A stretch of DNA of 63,941 bases, filler included. It is 8 parts of 8 records of this genome, joined end to end, with 100 filler letters (N's around TTAATTAATTAA, not from the genome) between each part and the next. Parts side by side here need not be neighbours in the genome. Positions count along the whole stretch, not along the records: positions 8,276 to 13,565 come from DRR723986_19041; positions 13,666 to 19,520 come from DRR723986_19043; positions 19,621 to 29,072 come from DRR723986_19047; 5 more parts are not named here. One strand, written 5' to 3'. Below, piece by piece: positions 8,923-19,716 of this stretch. Made by a program: the position numbers and the translations under genes. Positions within the stretch are counted from its first letter, which is position 1. Each line of letters starts with the position of its first letter. The notes under the pieces were generated by a model. The model saw nothing but the letters and a program-made list of their open reading frames with translations. It did not search any database and had not been told where the DNA came from.

Positions 8923-10203
8923 ATGCCACCGATCACCGACCATCCTTTGCGATATGCCCTTGCCAACGAGCTGCACGCGCGCCCGTTTCCCTCGCTTGCC
9001 GCGCCGTGCACAGCGGCCTATCTGGCGGTGCAGCCCCCCGGCCATTCTGCCGCGCGCGACCGCGATGCTGATATGCGCCATTTGATTGCGCTGCTCGATC
9101 GCCATGGCGCGCCGCACCCGCAGCCGGGCGCCACGCATTATTCGGGAAAATTGGGCCGTTATACGCTGAAATGGGAAAGCCATACAGAATTTGTAACCTA
9201 TACCGCCTTTGGCGATGGGTTGTCGGCCCGGCCCTTTGACCCGATGGATTTTGATGTGTTTCCCGCCGATTGGCTGGCCCAGCTGGATGGGCAGCGCATC
9301 ACCTCGGCGTTGATCCGCGTGGAAAACTGGACCGATAAAGACAAGGTAGGCCAGGCCTTGAACGATTGGTTCGTGCCAGAAAGCTTGGCTGTTAGCCGGG
9401 TGCTGGATGATGCCGCTGTTGTGGGCGCAGATTTCCGCATTGATGCGGGCGGGCACCAGCGCTTTGCTGTGTTTGTGGCGCCCGGCACGGGGCGGCGGCG
9501 TATCGGCCGTATCGTGCAGCGCCTGTGCGAGATCGAGACCTATAAAAGCGTGTCGATGCTGGGCTTTGCGGCGGTGAAAGATATGTCTGCCAAGATGACC
9601 GAGATCGATCAACGCCTGACGCAGGTGATGGGCGATATGAGCGGGGGCGATCAGCCCGCAGATGAAACGCTGGGCAAGCTGTTGTCGGTTTCGGCCGAGC
9701 TAGAGGCGATGATCGCGCATTCGGCCTTTCGTTTTGGGGCCACAGGCGCCTACGAGGCCATCGTGAACCAAAGGATCGAGGTGCTGCGCGAGCAGCGCTT
9801 TGATGGCCGCCAAACCTTTGCCGAATTTATGATGCGCCGCTATGATCCGGCCATGCGCACCGTCAAAGCCGCCGAGCGGCGGTTGGCGGCCATGTCAGAG
9901 CGGGCCATGCGTGCCGGTAATTTGCTGCGCACGCGCGTTGATGTTGAACGCAGCGCGCAAAACCAGGCGCTATTGGAAAGCATGAATTCGCGCGCCGATG
10001 CGCAGCTGAAATTGCAGCGCACGGTCGAGGGGCTATCCGTGGTGGCGATCAGCTATTATGCGGTGTCGCTGCTGTCTTATCTGGTCTACCCGGTCAGCGA
10101 CCTGACCGGGCTATCCAAGGGCACATTGCTGGCGCTGCTTACTCTGCCGGTAGTGCTGATGGTTTGGGTGCTTTTGCGCCGTATTCAAAAGGCGCTGCAT
10201 TAA
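8923..10203 (+). CDS. DUF3422 family membrane-anchored protein
   Basis: HPLR..L.NELHARPF, WESHTEF, QRLCEIETY, QLKLQRTVEGLSVVAISYY plus two C-terminal TMs. Confidence 0.9.
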   Translation: MPPITDHPLRYALANELHARPFPSLAAPCTAAYLAVQPPGHSAARDRDADMRHLIALLDRHGAPHPQPGATHYSGKLGRYTLKWESHTEFVTYTAFGDGLSARPFDPMDFDVFPADWLAQLDGQRITSALIRVENWTDKDKVGQALNDWFVPESLAVSRVLDDAAVVGADFRIDAGGHQRFAVFVAPGTGRRRIGRIVQRLCEIETYKSVSMLGFAAVKDMSAKMTEIDQRLTQVMGDMSGGDQPADETLGKLLSVSAELEAMIAHSAFRFGATGAYEAIVNQRIEVLREQRFDGRQTFAEFMMRRYDPAMRTVKAAERRLAAMSERAMRAGNLLRTRVDVERSAQNQALLESMNSRADAQLKLQRTVEGLSVVAISYYAVSLLSYLVYPVSDLTGLSKGTLLALLTLPVVLMVWVLLRRIQKALH

Positions 10204-11197
10204 GCAGCCAGCGCATCGCCACGCCCCCCAGCGCAATCGTGGCCAGCGCCAGGATGGCCGCGAATGACAGGGTGGGCACGCCCGACAGGCCCGCACCCAC
10301 GGTGCAGCCGCCTGCCAGCACACCACCAAAGCCCATCAGCCCGGCACCGGCCATATAGCGCCCGGTCTGGCGTGGGCTGTCAAAGCTGACCCAGGCGAAT
10401 TGCCCACGCAGCACCGCCGCCAGGCCCGCGCCCAGCACCACGCCGCCCATCAGCCCCACACCAAAGCCCGGGGCGATGGCGGTCGAGGCAACAGCCCAAA
10501 ACAAGGTCTCTGTTGCCGGTGCTGTGAAAGACAGGCTTTCCAGCGCGATGGGGTCGAATTCGTCAAACAGCACAAAGCCCGTGCCAACCCAGCCCAGCGG
10601 CACCAGCAGCCCCAAAAGCGCAGCCAGCCCCAGCATGCCAGCGCCATTGCCCGACCGCCAGGCAAAGACCACGGCCGCGCCCGCAATCAGCGCGGCCCAC
10701 AGCATGGGCGCGCCGGGCAGGGTGGGGGCCAGATCTATGGTGATGGCGCTGACGCTGGTGCGCAGGCCTGATAGCACCCCTTTTAGCGTGGCATGGGCAA
10801 CAACCGCGAACACCACCAGCACCAACACCGCGCGCAGGTTGCCGCTGGCGCCCAGCACTGTCAGGCGTGACACGCACCCGCGTGTCAAAATCATGCCCGC
10901 GCCAAAGGCCAGCCCGCCCAGGGCAATGGCCAGCACCGGCAGATCTGTGACCATAAAGCGGTGATCTGCAAAATCGATCCAGCCCTGAGCAATGGCCGCC
11001 TGCGTGCCCAGCGTGGCGGTGGCCAGGGCCATCAGCCAGATACCGGCCGCTTGGCGGCGATCGGTGCCATCGATCATTCGGCGAAAGCAAAAGCGCGTGA
11101 TTTGCGCCAGCGCGCCAAAGGCGCAGCCCAATGCCAAGGCAAACCATAGGGCGGCCTGAGGGGCGGTAAGGGTTTCTAGGCCCAGCTGTTCAAACAT
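10139..11197 (-). CDS. YeeE/YedE sulfur-compound transporter
   Basis: RFCFR, FGAGMILTRGC, MGFGGVLAGGCTVG motifs, multi-TM. Its 3' end overlaps DUF3422. Confidence 0.9.
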   Translation of the reverse strand: MFEQLGLETLTAPQAALWFALALGCAFGALAQITRFCFRRMIDGTDRRQAAGIWLMALATATLGTQAAIAQGWIDFADHRFMVTDLPVLAIALGGLAFGAGMILTRGCVSRLTVLGASGNLRAVLVLVVFAVVAHATLKGVLSGLRTSVSAITIDLAPTLPGAPMLWAALIAGAAVVFAWRSGNGAGMLGLAALLGLLVPLGWVGTGFVLFDEFDPIALESLSFTAPATETLFWAVASTAIAPGFGVGLMGGVVLGAGLAAVLRGQFAWVSFDSPRQTGRYMAGAGLMGFGGVLAGGCTVGAGLSGVPTLSFAAILALATIALGGVAMRWLLNAAPFEYGAKAPKPSALPAE

Positions 11198-11349
11198 GGC
11201 AGATCCTCGCAAAAGCGGAAATTTATCCTGTTTTGCGAGGAAAACAGCCCATGGCAAGCCCCGGGAACTTTGAAAACAGGGCTGTGCGCGGAACATGCGT
11301 TCTGCAACTCGGTTCTGGGGTGAACGTTGTTCTGCCCACACCCCCGCGC

Positions 11350-11383
11350 AAAAGAAAATGGCCCACCAGATTTGGTGGGCCAT
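11350..11383 (-). terminator. Terminator after ABC permease
   Basis: ATGGCCCACCA/TGGTGGGCCAT stem with a minus-strand T-rich tail. Confidence 0.7.
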
Positions 11384-11402
11384 AACTGCGGTTCTTTTTG
11401 GC

Positions 11403-12380
11403 TTAACGCCCGCGAATGCGCGGATCTAGCGCATCGCGCAGCCCGTCGCCCAGGTAATTCACCGATAGCACCGTCAGCGAGATCATGATTCCCGGCAGCA
11501 TCACCCGCTCGGGGAATTCTTGCATGCGCGGCACGGCATCGGCCAGCATCTTGCCCCATGTCGGGAAATCCGATGGAAAGCCCACGCCAAGGAAGGACAG
11601 CGCGCTTTCGGTGATAATGGCGGTGGCCAGCCCCAAAGTGGCCGAAACCATGATGGGCGACAGCACGTTTGGCAAAAGATGGCGAAAGATAATGCCCCGC
11701 GCCGTGGTACCCGAGGCACGCGCGGCCAGCACAAATTCGCGCTCTTTCAACGCCAAGATATCGCCGCGCACGATGCGGGCGGTTTGCATCCAGCTGGTCA
11801 CGCCAATCACGCAGACAATCAGAATGAACATCCCCGTTTCCGGCCCGAAATTGGCCCGCAGCGGCTGCCTGAACAGCGTCACCGCCACCAGCATCAGCGG
11901 CAATATCGGCAGTGACAGCACCAGATCTGTAAAGCGCATCAAAGGCCCGTCGAGGCGGCGGAAAAAACCCGCCATCACGCCCACGGCGGTGCCAATCAGC
12001 ATGGTCAGCACCATCGCGGCCCATCCCACCGCCATCGAGGCGCGGCCCCCTGCCAAAATTTGCGCCAGATGATCGCGGCCCAGGTTATCGGTGCCCAAGG
12101 GGCGGGCCCAGCTGACCTTGGCATCGCCGTCCCAGATGGCGGTATAAATCGGGCGCACGTCTTTGTTGCGGATATCCAGCTTTTTGGGGTCAACATCCCA
12201 GACCAGATTGCCAAACAGCACCGCCAGCGTGATGAACAGCAAAAACCCACCACCCATCAAGGCGCCTTTGTGAACTTTGAACTGGTCCCACACATCGCGC
12301 CATTGGCTGCGTGGGGGTTTGGCGATTTCGGTATCGCGTAACGCCTCGATACGGGGGGGAGAGGAGGCTGGATTAGTCAT
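11403..12380 (-). CDS. Peptide/nickel ABC transporter permease (DppC/OppC-like)
   Basis: PLGTDNLGRD, EAA loop EFVLAARASG, ESALSFLG, LGDGLRDALDPR. Confidence 0.93.
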   Translation of the reverse strand: MTNPASSPPRIEALRDTEIAKPPRSQWRDVWDQFKVHKGALMGGGFLLFITLAVLFGNLVWDVDPKKLDIRNKDVRPIYTAIWDGDAKVSWARPLGTDNLGRDHLAQILAGGRASMAVGWAAMVLTMLIGTAVGVMAGFFRRLDGPLMRFTDLVLSLPILPLMLVAVTLFRQPLRANFGPETGMFILIVCVIGVTSWMQTARIVRGDILALKEREFVLAARASGTTARGIIFRHLLPNVLSPIMVSATLGLATAIITESALSFLGVGFPSDFPTWGKMLADAVPRMQEFPERVMLPGIMISLTVLSVNYLGDGLRDALDPRIRGR

Positions 12381-13410
12381 AGCGAATCCTCGGGTCAAGA
12401 ACGCCGTAAAGAACGTCGGCGATGATGTTGAACAGCACAATCAGCATGGCGAAGATAAAGGTCACGGTCATCACCAGCGGCAGATCATTGGCAAAAAGCG
12501 CGTTGATCAATTGCGAGCCGATGCCGTTTACCGAAAACACCACCTCGGTAATGATGGCGCCGCCAAAAATGCTGGGCACCCCCAGCGCAATGATGGTGAT
12601 CACCGGGATCATGGAATTGCGCAGCACATGCACCATCACCACCACCGCCTCGCCCAGGCCCTTGGCGCGGGCGGTGCGTACGTAATCTTGGCGCAGGTTA
12701 TCCAGCATCGAGGCGCGCATAAAGCGGCTGATCTGCGCCGTGGTTTGTAGCGCCAGCACCATCACCGGCATGATCATCTGTTTCACCTGGGTCACGAAAC
12801 TGGGCCAGTCTGTAACCCGGTGGGTGGTGTCATAGATAAAGGGAAACCACCCCAGCTGCACCGAAAAGATCACAATCAGCAGCGGGCCGGTGAAAAACGG
12901 CGGAATCGAAAAGCCGATCATCGTGACAAATGTGCCCGCCTGATCAAAGACCGAATATTGCCGATAGGCGGAATAGATGCCGACGGGAATGGCGATCAAG
13001 ATCCCCACGATATAGGCGGTGCCCACCACTGTCAGGGTTTGGGGCAGGGCCTGCACGACCAAATCCATCACCGGCGAGCGGGTTTGCCAGCTGATCACCC
13101 GCAACTCGCCCTGATAGAGCGCGGTGTCAGGCAGCCAGCCCAGCAGGGCGCTGCTGTTGGTCAGCCAATCGATAAAGACCTTAGGCTCGACCCAGAACAT
13201 CTGGACCAGCCATTTCCAATATTGCACGTGCAAGGGCTGGCCCAGCCCCAAGGCCTCGCGCATTTTTTCTTTCACTTCGGGCGGCACTGTCAGCGGCACT
13301 TGGGCCATCGGGTCGCCCGGGGCCAGCTGCAACAGCAAGAAGATTACCAGGCTGATAAACAGCAGCGTTGGCACCGATAGCACCAGCCTGCGTATGGTAT
13401 ATGTAAGCAT
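12373..13410 (-). CDS. Peptide/nickel ABC transporter permease (DppB/OppB-like)
   Basis: APGDP, DYVRTARAKGL, HVLRNS, ADVLYGVLDPRI. Confidence 0.93.
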   Translation of the reverse strand: MLTYTIRRLVLSVPTLLFISLVIFLLLQLAPGDPMAQVPLTVPPEVKEKMREALGLGQPLHVQYWKWLVQMFWVEPKVFIDWLTNSSALLGWLPDTALYQGELRVISWQTRSPVMDLVVQALPQTLTVVGTAYIVGILIAIPVGIYSAYRQYSVFDQAGTFVTMIGFSIPPFFTGPLLIVIFSVQLGWFPFIYDTTHRVTDWPSFVTQVKQMIMPVMVLALQTTAQISRFMRASMLDNLRQDYVRTARAKGLGEAVVVMVHVLRNSMIPVITIIALGVPSIFGGAIITEVVFSVNGIGSQLINALFANDLPLVMTVTFIFAMLIVLFNIIADVLYGVLDPRIRYD

Positions 13411-13510
13411 CTAGGTGCGGCCCGTCCTGTTTCTAACCGTCACAATGAATGAAATGCGGCCCCTATGGCCGCAAGGGGCTGGCGCCACGCGTATGGCGCC
13501 AGCAGTTGGT

Positions 13511-13565
13511 TTATTTGATGCGGTGCCAGTCGGCCACGTTCCACAGCTCGCTGTCCCAGGTGTTC
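13511..13565 (-). CDS. C-terminus of peptide ABC substrate-binding protein (fragment)
   Basis: NTWDSELWNVADWHRIK-stop immediately upstream of the permeases. Confidence 0.7.
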
Positions 13566-13665
13566 NNNNNNNNNNNNNNNNNNNNNNNNNNNNNNNNNNN
13601 NNNNNNNNNTTAATTAATTAANNNNNNNNNNNNNNNNNNNNNNNNNNNNNNNNNNNNNNNNNNNN
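13566..13665. other. Artificial contig linker
   Basis: N44-TTAATTAATTAA-N44. Confidence 0.99.
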
Positions 13666-14050
13666 CACCGCCTTTCACAAGGTGCGCAACCATTTTGGCA
13701 TGAACCGCGCCGCACAGGCCGGGGCATTGGCGGCATTGCAAGATCAGGAATGGCTGGCGCAAACGCTGGATCAGGTGGTGCGCGCGCGAGATCGGATCGG
13801 ACGGATCGCAGCCGAAAACGGGCTGACACCGCTGCCCTCTGCCGCAAATTTTGTGGCTGTGGATTGCGGCCGCGACGGGGCTTTTGCCAAGGCCGTGCTG
13901 GATGGTCTGGTGGCGCGGGGTATCTTTGTGCGTATGCCGTTTGCGACACCGCAAAACCGCTGTATCCGTATCAGCTGTGGCACGGATGCGCAGCTTGACG
14001 CGCTGGCCGCCGCCTTGCCCGCCGCGATTGAGGATGCAAAAAACACCTGA
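13666..14050 (+). CDS. HisC-like PLP aminotransferase, C-terminal part
   Basis: PSAANFV, GIFVRMP, CIRISCG class I/II C-terminal motifs. Confidence 0.8.
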
Positions 14051-14101
14051 CCTGTGGAATTTGCGGCCTATAGTCATTGGCAGCCAGCCAACGGATGCTT
14101 C

Positions 14102-14284
14102 ATGCGCGATACCAATGACCGCCCCGCCGCCCCCAATTACACCACCGCTTGTGTGGTGATGTTCGGTATCAATCTGACATGGATCCTCATGGCGATCTGG
14201 GTGGTTTGGGGATTGCTGGCGGCCGCCGCGACCGGCTGGGCCGTCAACCGGTTGATCAGCCGCATTGATGCGGCTCGCAGTTGA
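14102..14284 (+). CDS. Small membrane protein (60 aa)
   Basis: Hydrophobic segment after APNYT, fills the gap between two aminotransferase genes. Confidence 0.6.
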   Translation: MRDTNDRPAAPNYTTACVVMFGINLTWILMAIWVVWGLLAAAATGWAVNRLISRIDAARS

Positions 14285-14296
14285 TCCGAACGCTTT

Positions 14297-15508
14297 TTAC
14301 ACAGCCCCGCCAATCACTGCCGCCGCGGCGTCCAGCGCACCGGACCCGCGTTCGATGTTCAGCGCAGACATTCCCGCCTCAATACCGCCCAGCATGCCCA
14401 TGATCATATGTCCGTTCACATGGCCCATATGCCCCAACCGGAAGAACCCGTCACGGGCCGGATCACCGGGCGCCGCCATGCCCAGCCCGATGCCAAGCGT
14501 GAGACCAAGGTTTTGCTCCACCCAGTTGCGCAGCTCCGTCGCCTGAGGGGACTGAAGCCGCAGCGCGGTCACCGCGTGGCTGCGATGCGCCCGGTCCGCG
14601 ATATTGATGGCAAAACTGCCTTTTTCGGACCAGGCCTCGCAGGCGGCCCAAACCGCCTCGGCCAGCACCGCGTGGCGCTGCCAGATATGTTCCATGCCTT
14701 CGGCGTGGATCATGTCCAGTGCCGCCCGCAGGCCATAGAGATGTTGGGTCGGTGCGGTGCCGCAATGGTACTCAAAAAGCTCCACCCCGTTTGCACGCTG
14801 GGTCCAATCCCAATAGCGGCTGACACGGGGCAACCGCGCCCGCGCCTCTGCCGCGCGATCGTTGAAAAACACAAAAGCCAAACCGGGCGGCACCATCAGC
14901 CCCTTTTGGCTGGCGGTTATGGCGACATCCACACCCCATGCGTCCATCTCGAAACGGTCACAGCCCATGGAGGCGATACAATCAGCCATCAACAACGCGG
15001 GGTGCCTTGCGGCATCCAGAACCCCGCGCAATGCGGCCAGATCGTTGCGCACAGAGCTGGAGGTGTCGACATGAACGCCCAGTACCGCTTTGATTTCATG
15101 GGCTTTATCAGCCTCCAATATCTTCGCAATGCGGTCCATCTGTATCGGCGACTTGCGGCCAAAGCTGATCAATTCCACCTCAGCGCCCAGGGCTTTGGCC
15201 ATTTCGCCCCAACTGATGCCAAAGTGACCGGTCGCGGGCACGAGCACTTTGTCGCCCGGCGTGATGACATTGCACAGCGCCGCCTCCCAGCCCGCATGGC
15301 CATTGCCGATGTACATCGCAGCATGGTGTTTGGTGCGGGCGACCTTTTTCAGATCCTCCATCAGCCCCGGCATCATCTCGACCAGTTCACCGGCATAGAT
15401 GTTGGGTGTGGGCCGATGCATAGCCGCCAGGACCGCATCCGGCATAACCGACGGGCCGGGGATGGCCAGATAAGGACGCCCCTGCGCCAATGAGATGGAA
15501 TGTGCCAT
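14297..15508 (-). CDS. Class V aminotransferase (serine/alanine-glyoxylate type)
   Basis: IPGPS, HVDTSS, PLP Lys motif TASQKGLMVPPG, FRLGHMG. Confidence 0.92.
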   Translation of the reverse strand: MAHSISLAQGRPYLAIPGPSVMPDAVLAAMHRPTPNIYAGELVEMMPGLMEDLKKVARTKHHAAMYIGNGHAGWEAALCNVITPGDKVLVPATGHFGISWGEMAKALGAEVELISFGRKSPIQMDRIAKILEADKAHEIKAVLGVHVDTSSSVRNDLAALRGVLDAARHPALLMADCIASMGCDRFEMDAWGVDVAITASQKGLMVPPGLAFVFFNDRAAEARARLPRVSRYWDWTQRANGVELFEYHCGTAPTQHLYGLRAALDMIHAEGMEHIWQRHAVLAEAVWAACEAWSEKGSFAINIADRAHRSHAVTALRLQSPQATELRNWVEQNLGLTLGIGLGMAAPGDPARDGFFRLGHMGHVNGHMIMGMLGGIEAGMSALNIERGSGALDAAAAVIGGAV

Positions 15509-15642
15509 AGCGACCCTGATTTTATTGAGTTTCAACCGCACATTAGGCTGCTTGCTTGCCGCGTCAACCAGATGGCGGACACTTGCCCTGATCGGCCGCG
15601 TTCCGTACAACGGCCAGAGGGTTTCGAAAGGATCGTCCGGCG

Positions 15643-17505
15643 ATGAATGACCAAACCTATACGTCCGGTGATCTGCTGCGCTGGCTTTGGAAAAACTATC
15701 TGAAAAAGCATATCGGCCTTATGGCGCTGGCCACGTTCTTTATGATCATCGAAGGCAGTACGCTGGGCGCTTTGGCGCGGCTGATGGAACCGATGTTCGA
15801 TCAGGTGTTTGTTGCCGGACAAAAGGACGCCCTGCTTTGGGTTGGGCTGGTGTTGATCGGCATTTTCATTCTGCGGGCCGTGGCGGGCGTGTCGCAAAAG
15901 GTTTTGTTGACCCGCGTGGCGCAGCGCACGGCGGCGGACATGCGTATTGATCTGCTCGACCGGATGATGAAGCAGGACGGCGCGTTTCACCAATCGCACC
16001 CCCCCGGTTTCCTGATCCAGCGGGTGCAATCGGATGTGAACTCTGTCGGGGATGTCTGGCGGGCGGTGATCACCGGCGCGGGGCGCGATTTCATCGGGCT
16101 GATGGTGCTTTTGGGGGTCGCGATATCCATTGATCCGGTTTGGGCCTTGCTGGCCTGTGTCGGCATTCCGGTGATGGTGCTACCTGCCGCCGCAGCGCAG
16201 CGGTTTGTGCGCCGCCGGTCCCGCGAAGCAAAGGATCTGGGTGCCAATCTGGCAACCCGTCTGGACGAGGTGTTTCACGGGATCGTACAGGTCAAACTGA
16301 ATGCGCTGGAATCCTATCAGGCGCGGCAATACCGCGAATTGACTGACAAATTCATTGGCACCGAGGTCCGTGCCGCCTTTGGCAATTCGGCCATTCCGGG
16401 GATGATCGACATCATGTCGGGTGTCGGGTTTATGGCGGTGATCCTTTATGGCGGATCCGAGATCATCTCGGGCGACAAAACCATTGGCCAGTTCATGACC
16501 TTTTTTACCGCGATGGGCTTTACCTTTAGCCCGCTGCGCCGTTTGGGCGGGATCAGCGGCTTGTGGCAGGTCGCGGCAGCAGCGCTCGAACGCATTCGCG
16601 AATTGCTGGAGGCACCTCTGCGGCTCAAGGAACCGGCCAGCCCTGTCGCAGCGCCGACCACGAATACCGATATTGTTCTGAAAGACGTGGATCTGTCTTA
16701 TGGTGAGGCCAAGGTGCTCGATCGTCTGACCCTGACCGCAAAGGCCGGGCAGACCACGGCTTTGGTCGGGGCCTCCGGCGCAGGGAAATCGACCATTTTC
16801 AACGTATTGACCCGGCTCATCGATCCACAAAACGGCAGTGTCAGCATTGGCGGCGTTGCGGTGGACCAGATGAAGATGACCGACCTGCGCGGGCTGTTTT
16901 CCGTGGTGACACAAGAGGCGCTGTTGTTTGATGAAACCCTGCGCGAGAATATCGTGCTGGGCCGCACCGATGTCACCGAAACGCGGCTGCAGGAGGTCTT
17001 GAAAGCTGCTCATGTCGCGGATTTTCTGCCCAAGCTTGAAAAAGGCCTCGAGACCTTGGTCGGCCCGCGCGGATCGGCCCTGTCGGGCGGTCAACGTCAG
17101 CGGGTAGTGATCGCACGTGCCTTGCTGCGCGATACACCTGTGCTGTTGCTGGATGAGGCAACCTCGGCGTTGGATGCGCAATCAGAACAGGTTGTGCAAG
17201 ACGCGCTGGACCGGTTGTCGAAGGGGCGCACCACCATTGTAATCGCCCACCGCCTTGCCACGATCCGCAGCGCTGACAAGATTGTCGTGATGGATCGGGG
17301 CCGCGTGACGGACGAAGGCACCCATGATGAGCTGTTGTCGCGCGGGGGGATCTATGCCGATCTCTATCGCCTGCAATTTCAGGATGGCAAAACCGTCAGC
17401 GATGTTAAAGGGTTGCGCGCGCTCAGCGCCAAGGACCGCGCCACCAAGCCCAGCAAACCGGGGTTCATTCAACGATTGGGGCAACGCCTGTTCGGCAGCG
17501 GGTAG
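15643..17505 (+). CDS. MsbA-like ABC exporter (TMD+NBD)
   Basis: Walker A GASGAGKST, LSGGQRQR, Walker B LLLDEATSALD, N-terminal TMs. Confidence 0.93.
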   Translation: MNDQTYTSGDLLRWLWKNYLKKHIGLMALATFFMIIEGSTLGALARLMEPMFDQVFVAGQKDALLWVGLVLIGIFILRAVAGVSQKVLLTRVAQRTAADMRIDLLDRMMKQDGAFHQSHPPGFLIQRVQSDVNSVGDVWRAVITGAGRDFIGLMVLLGVAISIDPVWALLACVGIPVMVLPAAAAQRFVRRRSREAKDLGANLATRLDEVFHGIVQVKLNALESYQARQYRELTDKFIGTEVRAAFGNSAIPGMIDIMSGVGFMAVILYGGSEIISGDKTIGQFMTFFTAMGFTFSPLRRLGGISGLWQVAAAALERIRELLEAPLRLKEPASPVAAPTTNTDIVLKDVDLSYGEAKVLDRLTLTAKAGQTTALVGASGAGKSTIFNVLTRLIDPQNGSVSIGGVAVDQMKMTDLRGLFSVVTQEALLFDETLRENIVLGRTDVTETRLQEVLKAAHVADFLPKLEKGLETLVGPRGSALSGGQRQRVVIARALLRDTPVLLLDEATSALDAQSEQVVQDALDRLSKGRTTIVIAHRLATIRSADKIVVMDRGRVTDEGTHDELLSRGGIYADLYRLQFQDGKTVSDVKGLRALSAKDRATKPSKPGFIQRLGQRLFGSG

Positions 17506-17509
17506 GCCG

Positions 17510-18190
17510 CTATCTGCGATAGGCAGCGGCGAGCGTTTCGGGGTCTGCCCCGGAAAAGTAACGCAGCAAGGTCCAAAGATTGCGCCCGCCCCGGCGCAAC
17601 CATCCTTGACGGCGATATTTTTCGGCACTCGTCGTGACCTGCACCTCCAATCCAGCAAGCCGCCCTTTCAAGGCCCGCGCCAATGCAACGTCTTCCATCA
17701 GTGGAATATCTTGATAGCCGCCCTGCGCCTCATAAAGCGTTTTGGAAATGAGCAATCCTTGGTCCCCATAGGGCAATCCCATCCGGCTGCGCAGGTTGGC
17801 CCATCCGGCCACGATCCGCGCAAGCAGTCCGCCTTGATCAAACCGCAGTTGGAACCAATAGGCCTGATCGGCCTGCGCAAGCGCCCTTGCGGCCACGTCG
17901 GCCCAGCCGGGTGACAGACGGCTGTCGGCGTGCAGCACCAGCAACCAATCGCCCCTGGCGGCTGCACAGCCCCGCCGCAACTGCCCACCGCGCGATGCGC
18001 CCCCCTGCACCACCTCGGCGCCCCAGGCCTGCGCCAAGGCGCCGGTTGCATCTGTTGATCCGCCATCGCTGATCACCAATTCGCGGATCAACCCGGCCTC
18101 CAAGCCCTCCATCAGGCTTTCCAGACAGCGGGGCAAAACCGCTTCGGCGTTTAATGTCGGGATGATCACGGAAATGGGGGCGGGCATCAT
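17510..18190 (-). CDS. Family 2 glycosyltransferase (TIGR04283-like)
   Basis: ISVIIPTLN, DGGSTD, LHAD, PYGDQG, PLMED. Confidence 0.88.
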   Translation of the reverse strand: MMPAPISVIIPTLNAEAVLPRCLESLMEGLEAGLIRELVISDGGSTDATGALAQAWGAEVVQGGASRGGQLRRGCAAARGDWLLVLHADSRLSPGWADVAARALAQADQAYWFQLRFDQGGLLARIVAGWANLRSRMGLPYGDQGLLISKTLYEAQGGYQDIPLMEDVALARALKGRLAGLEVQVTTSAEKYRRQGWLRRGGRNLWTLLRYFSGADPETLAAAYRR

Positions 18191-18251
18191 TGGCTCTTTT
18201 GATGGGACGTTGCAGACTATATGTCATGGCAAAATGCCAAAGGACACACCC

Positions 18252-19001
18252 ATGACCACGCGCCGTATTCTGCGCCTGACAGGCGACGACACGACTGATT
18301 TCCTGCAAGGGCTGATCACAAATGACATTGCCAAGCTGAAAGACGGCGGGGTTTACGCCGCCTTATTGACGCCGCAGGGCAAATACATGGCCGATTTCTT
18401 TTTGCTACGCGATGGCGATGGCGTGTTGCTCGACGTGGCAGAGCCGCTTGGCGATATGCTGGCTCAACGGTTGGGCATGTATAAATTGCGGGCCAAGGTC
18501 GCGATTGAACAGACCGACCTGTATCTACATCGCGGTGTGGGCGATGTGCCTGAGGACGGTTATGCCGACCCGCGCCACCCTGCCCTTGGCTGGCGGGCCT
18601 ACCGCGATGCACTGCAGCCGGACAATGGCATTGATTGGGATGCGCTGCGCGTTGCGCATCTGGTGCCGGAGACCGGCGTGGAGCTGACACCGGACACATT
18701 CATCCTTGAGGCCGGATTTGAGCGGTTAAACGGCGTGGATTTCCGCAAAGGCTGCTACGTGGGCCAAGAGGTCACCGCGCGGATGAAACACAAGACCGAG
18801 CTGCGCAAAGGTTTGGCCACTGTTGCCATTGAAGGCACAGCCCCAGAGGGCAGTGAGATACTTGCGGGCGAGAAACCGGCGGGAACGCTCTTTACCCAAT
18901 CAGGTGGCCGCGCCATTGCCTATCTGCGTTTCGACCGCGCCAAAGGTCCGATGCAGGCCGGTGATGCGACGGTGCAATGGGATCAAAAACCGGCAGATTG
19001 A
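18252..19001 (+). CDS. ygfZ: Folate-binding Fe-S maturation protein YgfZ
   Basis: FLQGLITND, LLTPQGK, signature KGCYVGQE. Confidence 0.93.
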   Translation: MTTRRILRLTGDDTTDFLQGLITNDIAKLKDGGVYAALLTPQGKYMADFFLLRDGDGVLLDVAEPLGDMLAQRLGMYKLRAKVAIEQTDLYLHRGVGDVPEDGYADPRHPALGWRAYRDALQPDNGIDWDALRVAHLVPETGVELTPDTFILEAGFERLNGVDFRKGCYVGQEVTARMKHKTELRKGLATVAIEGTAPEGSEILAGEKPAGTLFTQSGGRAIAYLRFDRAKGPMQAGDATVQWDQKPAD

Positions 19002-19004
19002 TAC

Positions 19005-19034
19005 AAAAAAGCCCCGGATCGACCGGGGCTTTGT
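19005..19034. terminator. Bidirectional terminator between ygfZ and efp
   Basis: AAAGCCCCGG/CCGGGGCTTT stem with A/T flanks. Confidence 0.8.
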
Positions 19035-19075
19035 AAGTTGACCTGGCTATGACGCCACGTCATCCAAAGGCGATA

Positions 19076-19520
19076 TCAGGCGCGTTCGACGTATTCCATG
19101 GTTTCTGTGTTCACCACGATATCTTCATCCTGTCCCACAAACGGCGGCACGCTGACGCGCACGCCGTTGTCCAATGTTGCAGGTTTGAATGAGTTCGCAG
19201 CGGTCTGACCTTTGACGACGGGCTCCGTCTCGACGATCTTGCAGACCACTTTTTGCGGCAAGGACGCATTCAGCGCCTCGTCCTCGTGATACTCCACAAC
19301 CACCATCATCCCGTCCTGAAGGAAGGGGCGACGATCACCCAAAAGCTCTGCCGGAAGCTGCACTTGCTCATAGGTGTTGGTGTCCATCAGAACCAGCATC
19401 CCACTGTCTTCATAGAGAAATTGCTGGTCTTTTTGTTCAAGGCGCACTTTCTCAACCTTGTCCGCAGACCGGAAACGTTCGTTGAGTTTTGAGCCGTTGC
19501 GCAGGTTGCGCATCTCGACC
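19076..19520 (-). CDS. efp: Elongation factor P (5' truncated)
   Basis: [39 protein letters not shown]. Confidence 0.96.
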
Positions 19521-19620
19521 NNNNNNNNNNNNNNNNNNNNNNNNNNNNNNNNNNNNNNNNNNNNTTAATTAATTAANNNNNNNNNNNNNNNNNNNNNNNN
19601 NNNNNNNNNNNNNNNNNNNN
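19521..19620. other. Artificial contig linker
   Basis: N44-TTAATTAATTAA-N44. Confidence 0.99.
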
Positions 19621-19716
19621 CCGGGATATTTTCGGACAGAAGAAGACGGGGGCTGGGCGCCCTGCGCGAAACGGGCAGCCCGGTTTCGCTGTCGGATCAT
19701 GGCCGTTGGTGGCGCG

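Noticed and set aside
11291-11332. LexA/SOS box upstream of the YeeE/YedE gene (GAAC/GTTC words)
   Set aside because: Spacing does not match the alphaproteobacterial GTTC-N7-GTTC consensus.
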